64,000 bases of DNA from Eledone cirrhosa (GCA_964016885.1 OZ024743.1:232438001-232502000), one strand, 5' to 3'; shown: positions 1 to 14,079, numbered from the stretch's first letter. The notes: generated by a model not told the origin, from the letters alone. Made by a program: numbers and translations.

Positions 1-107
1 AAGTCGTCATGTAACATGTAAGAAAACAATACAAAATTGATAATACATAGGAATATGGAAATGTGGAAATATATATATATATATATATGTGTGTGTGGGG
101 GGGGGGG

Positions 108-145
<38 letters not shown>

Positions 146-185
146 CATATATATTATAAAATATATATACATATATATACACGTG

Positions 186-219
<34 letters not shown>

Positions 220-283
220 CATAATATTATATATATATACATATATATACATATATATATATTTATATACATATACATATATA

Positions 284-368
<85 letters not shown>

Positions 369-371
<3 letters not shown>

Positions 372-1020
372 TGAAGAATGGCGTGCTGCGTTGTTGCGGA
401 CGTAAACATATGAATAAAAGTAGACCAAGAGATAAAATGTCCTCATCAGTAGTCTGCTGATTATCGTTGGTATTTCGACGCATTAAAGACTAGATACTTA
501 AAATCAGTGCGAGCGATAACTCAATTAAGTTATCGGGACAGTGGGAAAACACAGGGAGGAAACAAACACATGGTACTAATTCAACGTAAAGAGAGGAAAA
601 CAGTGACAAGTCAATGAATCCTGTGGGCTTAAGTCCGACAAATCAAATTGACGAGGAGAAATAGACACGTCCGAGCCGCGAGAAGATTGAGAGAGGAAAG
701 AAATTCAAGCAGGTCAGACGGGAGGAAGTGAGAGAGCGGGAGAATAAGAGAGGGAATGAGTGAAAGTGTGAGGAAGAGGCCAGCCAACAGTGAGTGACCA
801 GCAGCGGGAGTAGAGGAAGGCAAGAGGTGAAGGCGAGAGAAAAGGTGATAGCTGTAAGGTGACAGAAAAAATACAAACCACAGCGAAGGAAAAAAATATG
901 TGAATGAAGAATGGCGTGTTGCGTTGTTGCGTATATGAACATAAGAATAAAAATAGACCAAGAGATAAAATGACCTCATCAGTAGTCTGCTGATGATCGT
1001 TGGTATTTCGACGCATTAAA
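369..1020 (-). mobile_element. Non-coding direct-repeat-flanked element in (TA)n (family P)
   Basis: ~120-bp direct repeats at 369 and 902 (period 533); the body resembles 63699-64000 (+) and, more weakly, 37905-38868 (+); CTGATGA in the repeat on the minus strand. Confidence 0.6.
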
Positions 1021-1077
1021 TATATATATATATAAATATATATATAAATATATACATATACATATATCTATCTATAC

Positions 1078-1157
<80 letters not shown>

Positions 1158-1283
1158 GTAGGAGGTGAGTTTTATTGTAGTACTATAAAGCAATGCAGAT
1201 ATCGGATAAGAAGCACTCTACAGTTTGTAGGACGGGAGTATACATAATATATAAGATCAAAAGATGGTTAAAAGAGTTCCATG

Positions 1284-1354
1284 TATTTTATTATGCGCAT
1301 TTCAAAAACAAATATCATCATGCAATAACATTTGTATTTTCATCAGATAAAATA
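1284..1354 (-). ncRNA. Type I hammerhead ribozyme motif
   Basis: Minus strand: TATTTTAT-CTGATGA-stem II-GAAA-TGCGCA-TA-ATAAAATA. Confidence 0.8.
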
Positions 1355-1475
1355 GGAAGACATGATATGAAGGTTAAAAAACACTTGTGAATAGTGCAGT
1401 TTTAAATCAACATGATATGTTGATATAAAACTGCACTATTCACAAGTGTTTATTAACCTTCATATCATGTCTTCC

Positions 1476-1546
1476 TATTTTATCTGATGAAAACACAAAT
1501 GTTATTGCATGATGATATTTGTTTTTGAAATGCGCATAATAAAATA
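1476..1546 (+). ncRNA. Type I hammerhead ribozyme motif
   Basis: Stem I TATTTTAT/ATAAAATA, CTGATGA 1484-1490, stem II hairpin, GAAA 1527-1530, palindromic TGCGCA, TA. Confidence 0.8.
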
Positions 1547-1593
1547 CATGGAACTCTTTTAACCATCTTTTGATCTTATATATTACATATATT

Positions 1594-1624
<31 letters not shown>

Positions 1625-1661
1625 ATATCTATCTATACATATACATATATATATATATTTA

Positions 1662-1776
<115 letters not shown>

Positions 1777-1813
1777 ATATCTATCTATACATATACATAT
1801 ATATATATATATT

Positions 1814-1997
<184 letters not shown>

Positions 1998-2365
1998 CAT
2001 GTATAATATATATATATATAGAGAGAGAGAGATATTAAGAGAGTGACAGACAGATAGAAATATATATATATATAGAATCCCTACATACATCGATGTACTT
2101 AAATATATATATAATGAGCGAGAGAAAGAGGAGATACGTGTATATATGTGTGAGGGATGTGAGTGAGCAAAACAAGATAAACAGAAAGATGAGTTTATTC
2201 TATATGTACACGCCTGCTACGTTTATATCAATATCTTCATTAAGATCTATTATAAAATAATTATAAAATAGGAAATGTTGGCAAATTTAAAGTATATGGT
2301 GACAGCACACTGTATGTGGTATTCAGAAATATAATTACACCTAACTCACTCTCTTAATCATTCAT

Positions 2366-2462
<97 letters not shown>

Positions 2463-2573
2463 CCTCTTTCTCACCCCCTCATTCATATGTATTATTTGCA
2501 CTCTTCTTATATGTCCCCCAAATTCAAGTTTATATTGTATAAATTCAAAATATTATATGCCAACATATGTATG

Positions 2574-2634
<61 letters not shown>

Positions 2635-2635
2635 C

Positions 2636-2818
<183 letters not shown>

Positions 2819-2828
2819 TATAAACATA

Positions 2829-2859
<31 letters not shown>

Positions 2860-3010
2860 TTAAAGATTAAACAAGGTTCCATGAATAAATCAAAGAATTA
2901 GTTTTACAATAGATTGGAAGCACTCAACAGAAAAAAGGTTTTCCAGAGTTATTAATATTCATTCAAAATATTAACAAAGATAGAAGTTCTATTTTTGTTA
3001 ATATTTTAAA

Positions 3011-3070
<60 letters not shown>

Positions 3071-3098
3071 TACATATATATATGCATACATATATATA

Positions 3099-3181
<83 letters not shown>

Positions 3182-3454
3182 TGTGTGTATGTGCGTGTGT
3201 GTGTGAAACTGTATGAGTTTCTCAATGTATGTATATGCGCATATGAGTAGATGTATCTACATGCGTCTATCTAAATGTGTATGTGTGTGTGTAAATCTTT
3301 CCCATTATTTTGCATAGCATTTGCAGTATTACGGTTATTATTGTTGCTCTCTCAAATATTAGCATAATTGGCATTATTATACTCAACACATTCATAATTA
3401 TCTTAACCATCATCATCAATATCATCATGGTTATGATCATCAACATCATCATCT

Positions 3455-4022
3455 TTTACCTAACATAAGACCTCACCCGAATGTAATCCGAAAACTGAAG
3501 TTAATCCTCACACTAACAAAACTAAATCCAAATGTAATCCTATCACTGACCACTAACCGTAACACTTGTACCTAATACTAACATTAATCATTGCAGTAAA
3601 CCTAATCCACATCCTAAAACTAAGCCTGGCCACAATTCTAACACGAACTTTTACTCAAACCCTAAACCTAACGCTAAACCAATGCCTAACACTAAACATA
3701 ACGCAAAGCGTATCACTATATGTAACCATAACCATACACCACATCCTAACCCGAACAGTAAACATTGCACTCAACACAATCCTATCCCTAACACTAACTT
3801 TAATCCAACCCTAAGCTTGACACTAATCTTACTCTAACATTAGCCATAACATTAACCCTAAACCTATCTCTAACCTTAACCCTAACACTAACAGAAAACT
3901 TAACCCTAAAGCTAAACCTGACCATAACTGTATCTCTATCCCTACACCTAACCCTATCAGTAACACTAACCCTAACTGCGAACCCAAACCTAACCCTAAC
4001 ACAAGCACTAAACCTACCTAGA
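3455..4022 (+). repeat. Degenerate (CCCTAA)n-like hexamer array
   Basis: Recurrent cctaac/accctaa/cactaa with 6-nt periodicity. Confidence 0.7.
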
Positions 4023-4483
4023 TATCACCCTATATCTTCGCAAACATACATACAAACCAACATTGGCAAAATGTGTTAGCCCTTACTGACAACAACTCCC
4101 CTATTGGTCATAAGTATTGACCAGTCTTTAACCAACATACAGTGAAAATCGGGTCCTCCTGTGCGAAAAACATGAAATCACAGGACACCAACAAACCGAA
4201 GAGCGCTCTCGCAACAAAATGTCTAGCTTCAACGTTTCCAGATGATCAGGAGTGTTGTTACTTTATTTTTTTCTGATGATGAGACTGTGAGCGTCTGGAA
4301 AGTTTGATCATACTATAATCTTAAGAACTGTAGAGGCTGTGTTAAAAAAGACAGTTCTAGTAAAGAAATTGAAAATGTCTTCAATGGCAACAACGCATAC
4401 ATACACATATACATATATATATACATACATATATATATATATATATACATATAGACTTATATATATATATTTATATATACACT

Positions 4484-4537
<54 letters not shown>

Positions 4538-5207
4538 GTGTGTGTATAAACACACTATAAAATATTCTTCACTATATTCTGCACATGCGTTTCAGCTAAA
4601 AGTATGTCCATTTTAAAATGTGTAAAAGTGAAGACATAAAAGATTGGAATTTCAAAATGGAATCTCTATGTAGAATATCAGATAATTACACGAATATCAG
4701 ATAATTCCAATAAATGTATTAAAATACAAAAATTATGTTAAATACAAATATATCTGTTATACCATCCACAGTTGTAATTTCGTTTAGGAGGGTTTAAGTA
4801 AATAATTAGATTAATATATAATGATAAATAGTTTGTTAGGCGGTGTAATATGAAGGTTTTAGGCCAAGGGTGCTGAAACATTTTGAGAGCATGTGATCAC
4901 TTTGGGGATAATCCTTTAAAAAGATTTCCATACATACCCGTGTGAATGTTCTAACCAGCAAATTACAATTTATATTATATTGTTCTTTTACAAAGTATTT
5001 CCTGAAGAAAGAAAATAAATACTTGAACGGTTTCTGATTAGACAAACAATGACATAAAATGTTTCAGGAATGGACTTTCAGATTTTCGGAATCTCGATTT
5101 CTGCTTTTTCGCTTAAATTCTGTCTCTTATTCATCTACTTCATTGTTTTCTAATTCAATTCCAAGAATTTTGCCTCCATTCAGTTTTTTCTTAAAATAGA
5201 TAATGAA

Positions 5208-5395
5208 ATAATTGTTTCTACTTTAGGCACAAGGCCAGCAATCACCCAGTGCATTACTGGTACTTTATTTTATCGACCCCGTAAGGATGAAAGGCAAAGT
5301 CAACCTCGGCGGGATTTGAACTCAGATCGTAAAGGGACGTAACTATGCTGAAAAGCATGGCGTCCGACCCTCTGCCGATACTGCCAATCCCCGCC
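5208..5395 (-). mobile_element. tRNA-derived SINE with Meta-like central domain
   Basis: Minus strand: A box TGGCAGTATCGG, B box GAGTTCAAATCC, GCCTTTCATCCTTACGGGGTCGATAAAATAAAGTACCAG; many copies in the window. Confidence 0.85.
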
Positions 5396-5728
5396 CACTA
5401 GATAATGAAATAATAGGAACCAGATGAAATCATAGGAATCATAGTCAATAGGTTTGACAAGATCCTTAAGAAGAGCCCCATTGCAATGACTAAAATAATT
5501 AAAATAACAAACACACCTCATCACACTGACACACGCACACATACGCACACACGCACATACACTCATTCTCACACTCACACTCACACGCGCATGCACATTA
5601 TGGTTTAATGAGCTGTGTGGTTTCACAGGCATCTAAATTAGTCTTCATGTATATTTTGCATTATCCTCGCATCTCAACAAAGATTTGTGAATATATTTTG
5701 GTAAACGGAGACTTTGTGGAAGCTTTTC

Positions 5729-5772
<44 letters not shown>

Positions 5773-6014
5773 ATAGAGAAATTAATGTGAGCAAAAAGCC
5801 AGCAGTAATTCATAATATATAAGTGACTATTACGAGAAGATGGAGAATATTTAACGTAAGATATGGGAAAATAATTCAATCTCAATTAAAAAAAGTCAAG
5901 ACAGAAATTTTAACCACAGATTTTGTGTAATCCAGGGAAAAAAAACAATAGAGTCTTAACTCACAATAAAATTAAGGGTAAATACTTATCCTTCAATTTG
6001 GAAAATCTACAAAT

Positions 6015-6095
6015 GCTCTATATAGTCTTAAAAGGACTATTTCATGAAACTTTTCTGTGGGGTTAGTCACGGTTGGAGTCGTTCATCAGTAAAGC
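6015..6095 (-). ncRNA. Type I hammerhead motif with full stem III
   Basis: Minus strand: GCTTTA-CTGATGA-ACGA...TCAT-GAAA-TAGTC-loop-GACTA-TA-TAGAGC; one mismatch at the base of stem II. Confidence 0.65.
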
Positions 6096-6277
6096 TCAAA
6101 CACGATAACCAAAACGTACTGCTAAAATATGCCAGAAAGGGAATTTAAAAGCAGGCTAGTTACACCTCGTGTGGAATTAAGATAATAAACACACATGGAG
6201 AACAGGGTTAGTGACGTCAGAATGAGACGAATGACTGTTTACAAGAAACAACAGTCAAAACATTCCGAAAAAAAACT

Positions 6278-6328
<51 letters not shown>

Positions 6329-6498
6329 TCTCTCTCTCCTTTCTCTCTCTCTTTATATATATATATAAAGACAGAGAGAGGGGAGAGAGAGAGAGATTAA
6401 ATTTTGTTTTTATTGATTTTGATTTTTCCCTTTTTTTCGTGTTCCTGTAAACTTCCCTTTCTTACAACCCTCCTTACTCCCTCTCGGCGTTCCTCACA

Positions 6499-6538
6499 GC
6501 TTTCCTGATGAAGGACTTAAGTCCGAAAAAACGAAAGC
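6499..6538 (+). ncRNA. Degenerate minimal hammerhead motif
   Basis: GCTTTC-CTGATGA-A-GGAC-TTAA-GTCC-GAAA-AAAC-GAAAGC; stems I and II intact, stem III/UH lost. Confidence 0.5.
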
Positions 6539-6602
6539 TCCTCCACTCCCACTAAGCGTGAACCTAATACAACTATGTACAATTGACTCCTGCGTTTGTT
6601 TG

Positions 6603-6660
<58 letters not shown>

Positions 6661-6668
<8 letters not shown>

Positions 6669-6971
6669 ATATTTGGGCAGGGTCATATTGTTATAATATT
6701 GCCATGAATTAATCACAGAACACACTCACTGTTAGACTATATATATATATTTACATCTGTATTTTTAACCGTTGGTAAATCAATGATAAACATTGATTGT
6801 CAGATAAATTAACTATGGAGATATAAAAGATACAGAAGCGAAAACCTACCCAAACCAAACAGTGGGTGTGTTCGATTATTAATTTCTGCCAATATTATAA
6901 CAATATGACTCTCCCCAAATCTAACAAATATAACAGAGGATTTCATATCAAAAACCTAGCAAAACAAATTC
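6661..6971 (+). mobile_element. Diverged fold-back element in (TA)n (family M)
   Basis: Inverted arms ~6661-6712 and ~6878-6930; homologous to 35262-35407. Confidence 0.6.
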
Positions 6972-7975
6972 ATATATATATATATATTTATATTCATGTA
7001 TGTATATATGTGTATATTATATTGTATTATGTTGTTTATGTTCATAGACGGAACAATGGCGCTAGCCGAGGTTTTCAAGACCCAAATTTGATCCTACCTC
7101 CAGAAAACAAAAGGCATCAAAATAGAAGAAAGGTCACTATAAATGGCTTCTACAGGACTAGAACTGTTTCATTCAAAAGAAATCATCAAGAAAGCTTTCC
7201 TGGCGATTTTTTTTCGAATGAAACCGTTTTAGTCCCATTTCTATATTAAACTTGATGTTTAAACTCTACTAATGTATTGAGTACCTCACTAACTCTAATT
7301 ACCCCCGATTGAACACGTGACTTACACACACATCTATATATATATGTATGTGGGTGTGTGTGTGTGTGTGCTTGCGTACGTGCGCGCGCGTGTATGTGAG
7401 TGTGTGTGTGTATGTGTGTATATGTGTAATGTGTGTATATATGTGTGTATATATACATACACACATATATAGATACATATATATATGATCGTGTGTGTGC
7501 CGTTTGTAATTGCGTGCATGTAAATGTGTCTGTATTAATGTGCATATGTGTGTATGTGTATCTAGAAAATACTCATTTCATCTTCAGACATGCCATTCCC
7601 CCACTGTATCCGCCATTCCGACCATCTTGCGCACGTTAAACTTGTATGTTTTATTTATTTTCATCAACAACAGTATCTTCAACAAACAGAAACATCTTGA
7701 AAGAACACACTAGAAAAACTTATTCCAACAACACCACCACCACCACCACCAGCAGCACCAGCACCAGTAAGACACGTTAAGAAGAACACCAGCACAATCA
7801 ACAACAACAACAATAACATATACCTCAGCAAGAGACGCTCTAAGAGCTCAGCGTTATAGTCATTCCACTGAAAGAATATTTGTCTTTGGTTTCAGACAAC
7901 GTGGCAAGAATTATCTGAAATATTTGCAAGCTTGTTAGAAGTCCTCTGTTATATAGGTGGGTATATATGGTTGGA

Positions 7976-8082
<107 letters not shown>

Positions 8083-8496
8083 GTATATATATATAAATAA
8101 ATATATATATATAGACACATGACATACATATGAATATATATATATGTATATATATATATACAGATATATATATATACACATGTGTGTGTGTGTGTGTGTG
8201 TTGATATGTGTATATATATGTCTATATATATATATGTATATATATACATATGTGTGTCAGTGTGTGCGTGTGTGCGTGTGTGTGAGAGTGTGTATGTATG
8301 TATATATATTTTTTTAGTCGTGGTTTTTATTTAGTATTTCTCTATTTGTTTAGTTCGTTTTTTCGAATACCCATACACAAAATCCTATACCTCTCTCACT
8401 CTCTCTCTCTTCTTTCTATCTCTATCTCTCCGTCTCTCTCTCTCTCTCTCATTCTCTCTATATATATATAGAGAGAGAGAGATAGATATATATATA

Positions 8497-8535
<39 letters not shown>

Positions 8536-9327
8536 CGGATACACATACACGCAAACACACATAGATACACACACATACAAAAACATATCCACACACACAC
8601 AATAACCCGTGGAAGGCGACGATGGTTTTGAGAGGCTTTTTCTCTCACTGTTTTTTAAAATATCCTGTTTCTATTTTTTACTGTTCAAAATCGTTTCCTT
8701 TTTTTTATGTAATTATTTTTACTTATGTTTTTATGTGAATAATATTTATTTACAGATTTTTTTTGTTGTGATTTGATTTGGTGTGTAGTGATGTTACTGT
8801 TGTTGTTGTATTGTTGTTGTTTATTTATGTTGTTTGTTTTGTTAGTAAGATCTTTGCCTCTTAACGTTTTACATGAACAACATTTAGGATCTGTCACTCA
8901 TCATTCACGTCGCGTAAGTATGTAATTATATATGATTATGTGTTATGTATATATAAATATATATATGTGAATGTGAATATTATACATATATATATATATA
9001 TATATATGTGTGTGGTGTGTGTATGTTTGTGTGTATGTATATATATATATGTGTGTATGTATATATATAAATAAATATATATATATATATATATACATAT
9101 ATATTTATATATGTATATACATGTATATACATATATATTTATATATATATATATACATATATATATTTATATATGTATATATATGTGTGTGTATGTATAT
9201 ATATAAATAAATATATATATATACATATATATTTATATATATACATACACACATATGTGTATATATATATTTGAATTATTTATAAAAAAATACACACATA
9301 TATATATATACACACACGCACACACAC

Positions 9328-9383
<56 letters not shown>

Positions 9384-9777
9384 CAATTATATACATATAT
9401 ATAAGTTTGTGTGTGTATGTATGTGTGGGTGTGCCTGTGTGTATGTGTATGTATATGTGTGTGCTCATGTGTATGTGTTTTTTTTATATATGTGTACATA
9501 TGTATATGTGGGTGTTCATGTGTGTGTATGTATGTGTATTTATATATTTAGATATTGACGTAACAGTCTTTTATTGAATCACTACTGATTCGATCTGTGA
9601 GTAAATTTTCTTTTATTAACTCTATCATTTTGGAGAATTTATTTTGGTTTATTCCTTTTGGAACATCGTGCTTGTATATTTGTATGTATGCATATATACG
9701 TACATATATACAAGCACGACACACACACACACACACACACACACAGATATATATCGATATTATATATATATATGTAC

Positions 9778-9852
<75 letters not shown>

Positions 9853-9929
9853 CATGTACATATATATAAACATACATAGTCAATATTAGAAATATACATA
9901 TGTACATGTATATATATATATATATACAG

Positions 9930-10071
<142 letters not shown>

Positions 10072-10461
10072 TGTGTGTGTGCATTTCTAATATTGACTAT
10101 GTATGTATATAACATATATAAATGTGTATCGCTACATGTACCTTTATAATCGTGACCATGTTACACATACACCATCTGTATATGTATTTATATACGCATA
10201 TGTATATAAAATATATATGTAAATGTGTAAGCATTGGTAGGTGAATAATGTGCGGGACATAAAATTTAGTTAGTAAATCTCTGTAGCCATTGGTTATTTA
10301 TTCTAAGCAACAGAAAAAAAGACATCTCTACATAGTTTGCGTTCAATCTACTCTGCTGACCTTTTATATATATATATATATGTTTGTGTGTGTGCACACA
10401 AATATATATATATATATTATATATATATATGTTTGTGTGTGTGCACACAAACACACATATT

Positions 10462-10520
<59 letters not shown>

Positions 10521-10545
10521 TATATATATGTATATATATATATAT

Positions 10546-10598
<53 letters not shown>

Positions 10599-10661
10599 TG
10601 TATATATTTATATATACCTATGTATATATATATGTATATATATATATACATATATATAGTA

Positions 10662-11268
10662 TGTCAGGTCACCAGTTGGTGCTACTGGTAACATGTATCC
10701 CAGTACAACCTGTCTCATGGTCGGGTCATTGGCGACTAAACTGGAAACCCCACCAAGGTTTCTTGGTGAGGAGGGTGACTTTGGACATCCTGCAGGACTA
10801 AAAACAAAACCTGTCAAAGGGCAAAGGAGCTCTTAAGAGTCAATGGCCATCCAAAATCACCGGGAGAGATGACCCCTTAGCCTTTGTCAAGGCAGAATTC
10901 TAGGAGAAGGAAAACTCTGATATAACACCTGCAACCCTGATGGTATCCAATGATGTTGACTTGTTCTTCTTTTTGGTAAATATCATCTTGGTTAAGAGAG
11001 TGGGACTGGCTTTGTGCAGTGCCTTTGCTCACTATAAAAGCTTCACGGCACAGGCATTGCTTTATATCTGGAGATCTCTCTGCACTTGTCGTCACATTGT
11101 ACGATGGGCCCAGCAATATGTGTCAATAATTGTCACAAGTGCAGTGTTTGTACCAGAGTTTTCAAGTCGCTGGCGGGACTAAAAAGTCACACTCGTTCAG
11201 CGCATCAGTAGGGGTTCTCCTACATGGATATGAAGTAGTGGCCGTACTCGAAAACGAGTTGGCAGCCA

Positions 11269-11271
<3 letters not shown>
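10662..11271 (+). mobile_element. Non-autonomous RTE-derived retroposon (5'UTR fused to 3' end)
   Basis: RTE-type 5'UTR motif GGAGAAGGAAAACTCTGA; 3' part translates as [23 protein letters not shown] (C2H2 finger); near-identical copy at 53593-54203. Confidence 0.75.
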
Positions 11272-11342
<71 letters not shown>

Positions 11343-11344
11343 TC

Positions 11345-11375
<31 letters not shown>

Positions 11376-11984
11376 TACATATACGCGAGCACGTTTATTA
11401 GGTTATCGTCATGTGATATATATGTCGAGAATAACAGGAATCATTTTGAATGGGAATTTTACCAAGTTTTAAACGATGGAACGCAAGATGTGAAGCACCT
11501 TCATAGATTTTTCTCCTACACACCATAAACCAAAACAAACTACATATAAGACAAGTTTGTTTTTCGTTTTTTCTGTTTATGTTGGTATTGTTTTTATTGT
11601 TATCATTGTCCTATTTAATGTTTGGGTACGATTGAAAAGACCTTTCTCGGAAGTCATTCCAATTCTGAATACAAATTTTCTTTTTTCATCCTAGCTTTTA
11701 TTATTCACTAGTATGTTAGGGTCTAATTTTGGGGGGATTTGGATGCTATTTTCCTCAGTTTGGCTGACCTTTTAGAGGAACTTTCATTAATTGGAAAGTT
11801 TACACACATACACACACACACACACAATATATATATATATATATATTTCATTCTATTCCATTTATCGTTTTCGGTGTGCCCGGCCGACTGAACTCACTCG
11901 ATATGCAAATTAAGCAGCTCAGCCGTTAATATGCATAAGGAAAGTATATACTTTCAGACGTTCAAACATCTGGCAGGAAGGTAT

Positions 11985-12027
11985 ACGATGCTGACGATAG
12001 CTAATAAGCTTGAAACTAGTACATCGT
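11985..12027 (+). ncRNA. Minimal type I hammerhead ribozyme motif
   Basis: ACGATG-CTGACGA-TAGCT-AATA-AGCTT-GAAA-CTAG-TA-CATCGT; stem I extendable via CAGGA/TCCTG. Confidence 0.8.
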
Positions 12028-12260
12028 TCCTGTGTCAGTGTTAAAAAGGTGACGTGGTTGCCTAAACACTGTACGGCGTAATTCGGGCTGTTTGTTTGTT
12101 TACAAACAAACAAACCGAGCATTATAATAAATGTTCGGTAAACCGATACGTGCATATATATATGTGTGTGCATGTATGTATATATATACATACTACTGTA
12201 CGTCTGTATACATATATGTATGTACGTATACATACATACATACCTATATATATATATATA

Positions 12261-12539
12261 GTAATAAATAAATTTCAAGACTAAAATCCAAAGAAGGCTC
12301 GATAAGGATAAATATATATCAAATATATAAGAACCGTAGAGCAAATATTTATTAAAATAACAGATTAAAGTTTAAGTAAAGAATTGGTGCTTTCACCCTT
12401 AACGGGAACTTCTGAAACTAAAAAAGTCAATCTGTGAAATATTTACTTCTGTGTTCACAGATTGACTTTTTTAGTTTCAGAAGTTCCCGTTAAGGGTGAA
12501 AGCACCGATTCTTTACTTAAACTTTAATCTGTTATTTTA

Positions 12540-12548
<9 letters not shown>
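12261..12548 (-). mobile_element. Fold-back element in (TA)n (family H)
   Basis: Inverted arms ~12345-12438 and ~12455-12548; left tail with GCTC...GAGC hairpin; pieces recur at 26199-26305 and 26709-26757. Confidence 0.75.
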
Positions 12549-12570
<22 letters not shown>

Positions 12571-12727
12571 GCCACACATATCAAATGAAGCAAGGGAGTA
12601 ATGGACTCGCGTTAATCATTTTAATTAATCTTTTTTATTATAATGTATTTCCTGTGTTTCTCGCATTCCCCCCCCCCCCCCTGTAATGAAAACATATTCT
12701 TTTCATGTATTCTATCCTCTCTATATC

Positions 12728-12867
<140 letters not shown>

Positions 12868-12870
12868 ATG

Positions 12871-13790
12871 TACTAGCAGTGGTACCCGGCGTTGCACGAG
12901 ATAAGGTATTTTGGAACACGGGCCGCCAACAGACCTAATCGTGGGAAAACTGCATGCCTGGACAATATGTAAAGAAAATAACCGAATATTCTGATGACTG
13001 GATAATCTTTAAGATTTTCCTCGATGAAGCAGGAAAAATGCAGGTTTTTACCTAATGCGGGCCCTAGGGGATCCCGAAAATGATTTTTTTTAATGTGCAT
13101 AATATGCCTTGAAATTTCGGGAAAATCTACTAAAGGTAATTCCTCCAAAAAGCACTAAAATGCTGAAAAAAATGAAGATTTTCACCTAATGCGTGCCCTA
13201 GGCCAAAAAAAGTTGGATTTTCTTTGCTCACGGTATGAAGAAGAGACTGACTAATACATTGTTACAATTTCAAGAAATTCGGTCCGACGTAACGCCTAAA
13301 AAAAACATAAAAAGCTTTAAAAACGCAGTTTTTCACCTAATGCGGGCCCTAGGAGATCAAAGTAATACAAGTGTAAAGTTTGAAACATAAGTAATACACA
13401 TGTAAAATTTGAAAAAATTTGGTTGGGTACTTCTCGAGTTTTAGGGATTCAAACTCACAGACACACACACACACACACACACAGACAGACATCCTCAGGG
13501 AAGTGACGTAATGCAGACAGCCAGACATACAGACAGATATTATAAGGGCGCGACGTTATATGTATGTATCTATCTAAAAAGAGAAAGACTAAGGATTATA
13601 GAGAGATATCGCTAAATCGCCTAATGCGGTCGCTAGGGCATTGAGTATTTGACATTTCTTTTGCTCAGAACACTCCCTGAAACATAAGTATTACATGTGT
13701 AAAGTTTGAAAACAGTCGGTTGGGTGGTTCTCGAGTTTAATGGATTCAAAGTCACACACACACAGACATCCTCAGTTTTATATATATAGA
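12871..13790 (+). mobile_element. Helentron-associated (HINE/DINE-1-like) non-autonomous element
   Basis: ACTAG...ACCCGGCGTTGCACG end, internal CACCTAATGCGGGCCCTAGG repeats, (ACAG)n, TTTTATATATATAG end; related copy at 25807-26789. Confidence 0.7.
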
Positions 13791-13960
13791 TGTATGTATT
13801 TATTTATTTATTTATATATATATATATCTCTATATATTCATTAGTTAAGCAAAACAAGACCACAAATTTTACAAGGAGGACATTATTAAAAGATTGTCAA
13901 CATAGTTTTAGTTTAATGTAAGGAATGTAGAGAATAATAATAATAATATTAATAATGTCC

Positions 13961-14079
13961 GTTTACAATTGTTTCGCTACTCCATATAATGTTTCTGGAT
14001 CAACTGATTATAGATCATTATTGATCTGGTTCAGTTGAAGATAATTAACTTAGGTAAAATTATAGCAGCTCATCGGAAC
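13961..14079 (-). ncRNA. Hammerhead-like motif with CCGATGA core and 94-nt stem II domain
   Basis: Minus strand: GTT-CCGATGA-GCTGCT...AGTAGC-GAAA-CAATTG-TA-AAC; stem I only 3 bp. Confidence 0.55.

Larger units (their letters stand above)
1158..1585 (-). mobile_element. Fold-back hammerhead element (family A) in (TA)n
   Basis: Near-perfect inverted arms ~1247-1412 and ~1416-1585; the left arm extends by a ~90-bp tail; (TA)n on both sides. Confidence 0.8.

Noticed and set aside
386-455. Hammerhead from CTGATGA-GGAC...GTCC-GCAA on the minus strand
   Set aside because: GCAA replaces GAAA, there is no stem I/III, and the pairing is absent in the second repeat copy
4273-4312. CTGATGA...AGAC/GTCT...GAAA
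   Set aside because: No stem I or stem III complementarity; likely chance
7588-7643. Candidate small exons with AG/GT borders (also 24010-24084 + and 31208-31282 -)
   Set aside because: No recognisable protein similarity and inconsistent strands; cannot be supported without transcripts
12478-12512. Hammerhead-like CAGAAG(T/A)-CCC-GTTAA-GGGT-GAAA in family H
   Set aside because: The core deviates in both loci and no UH plus stem I can be placed; at most a fossil
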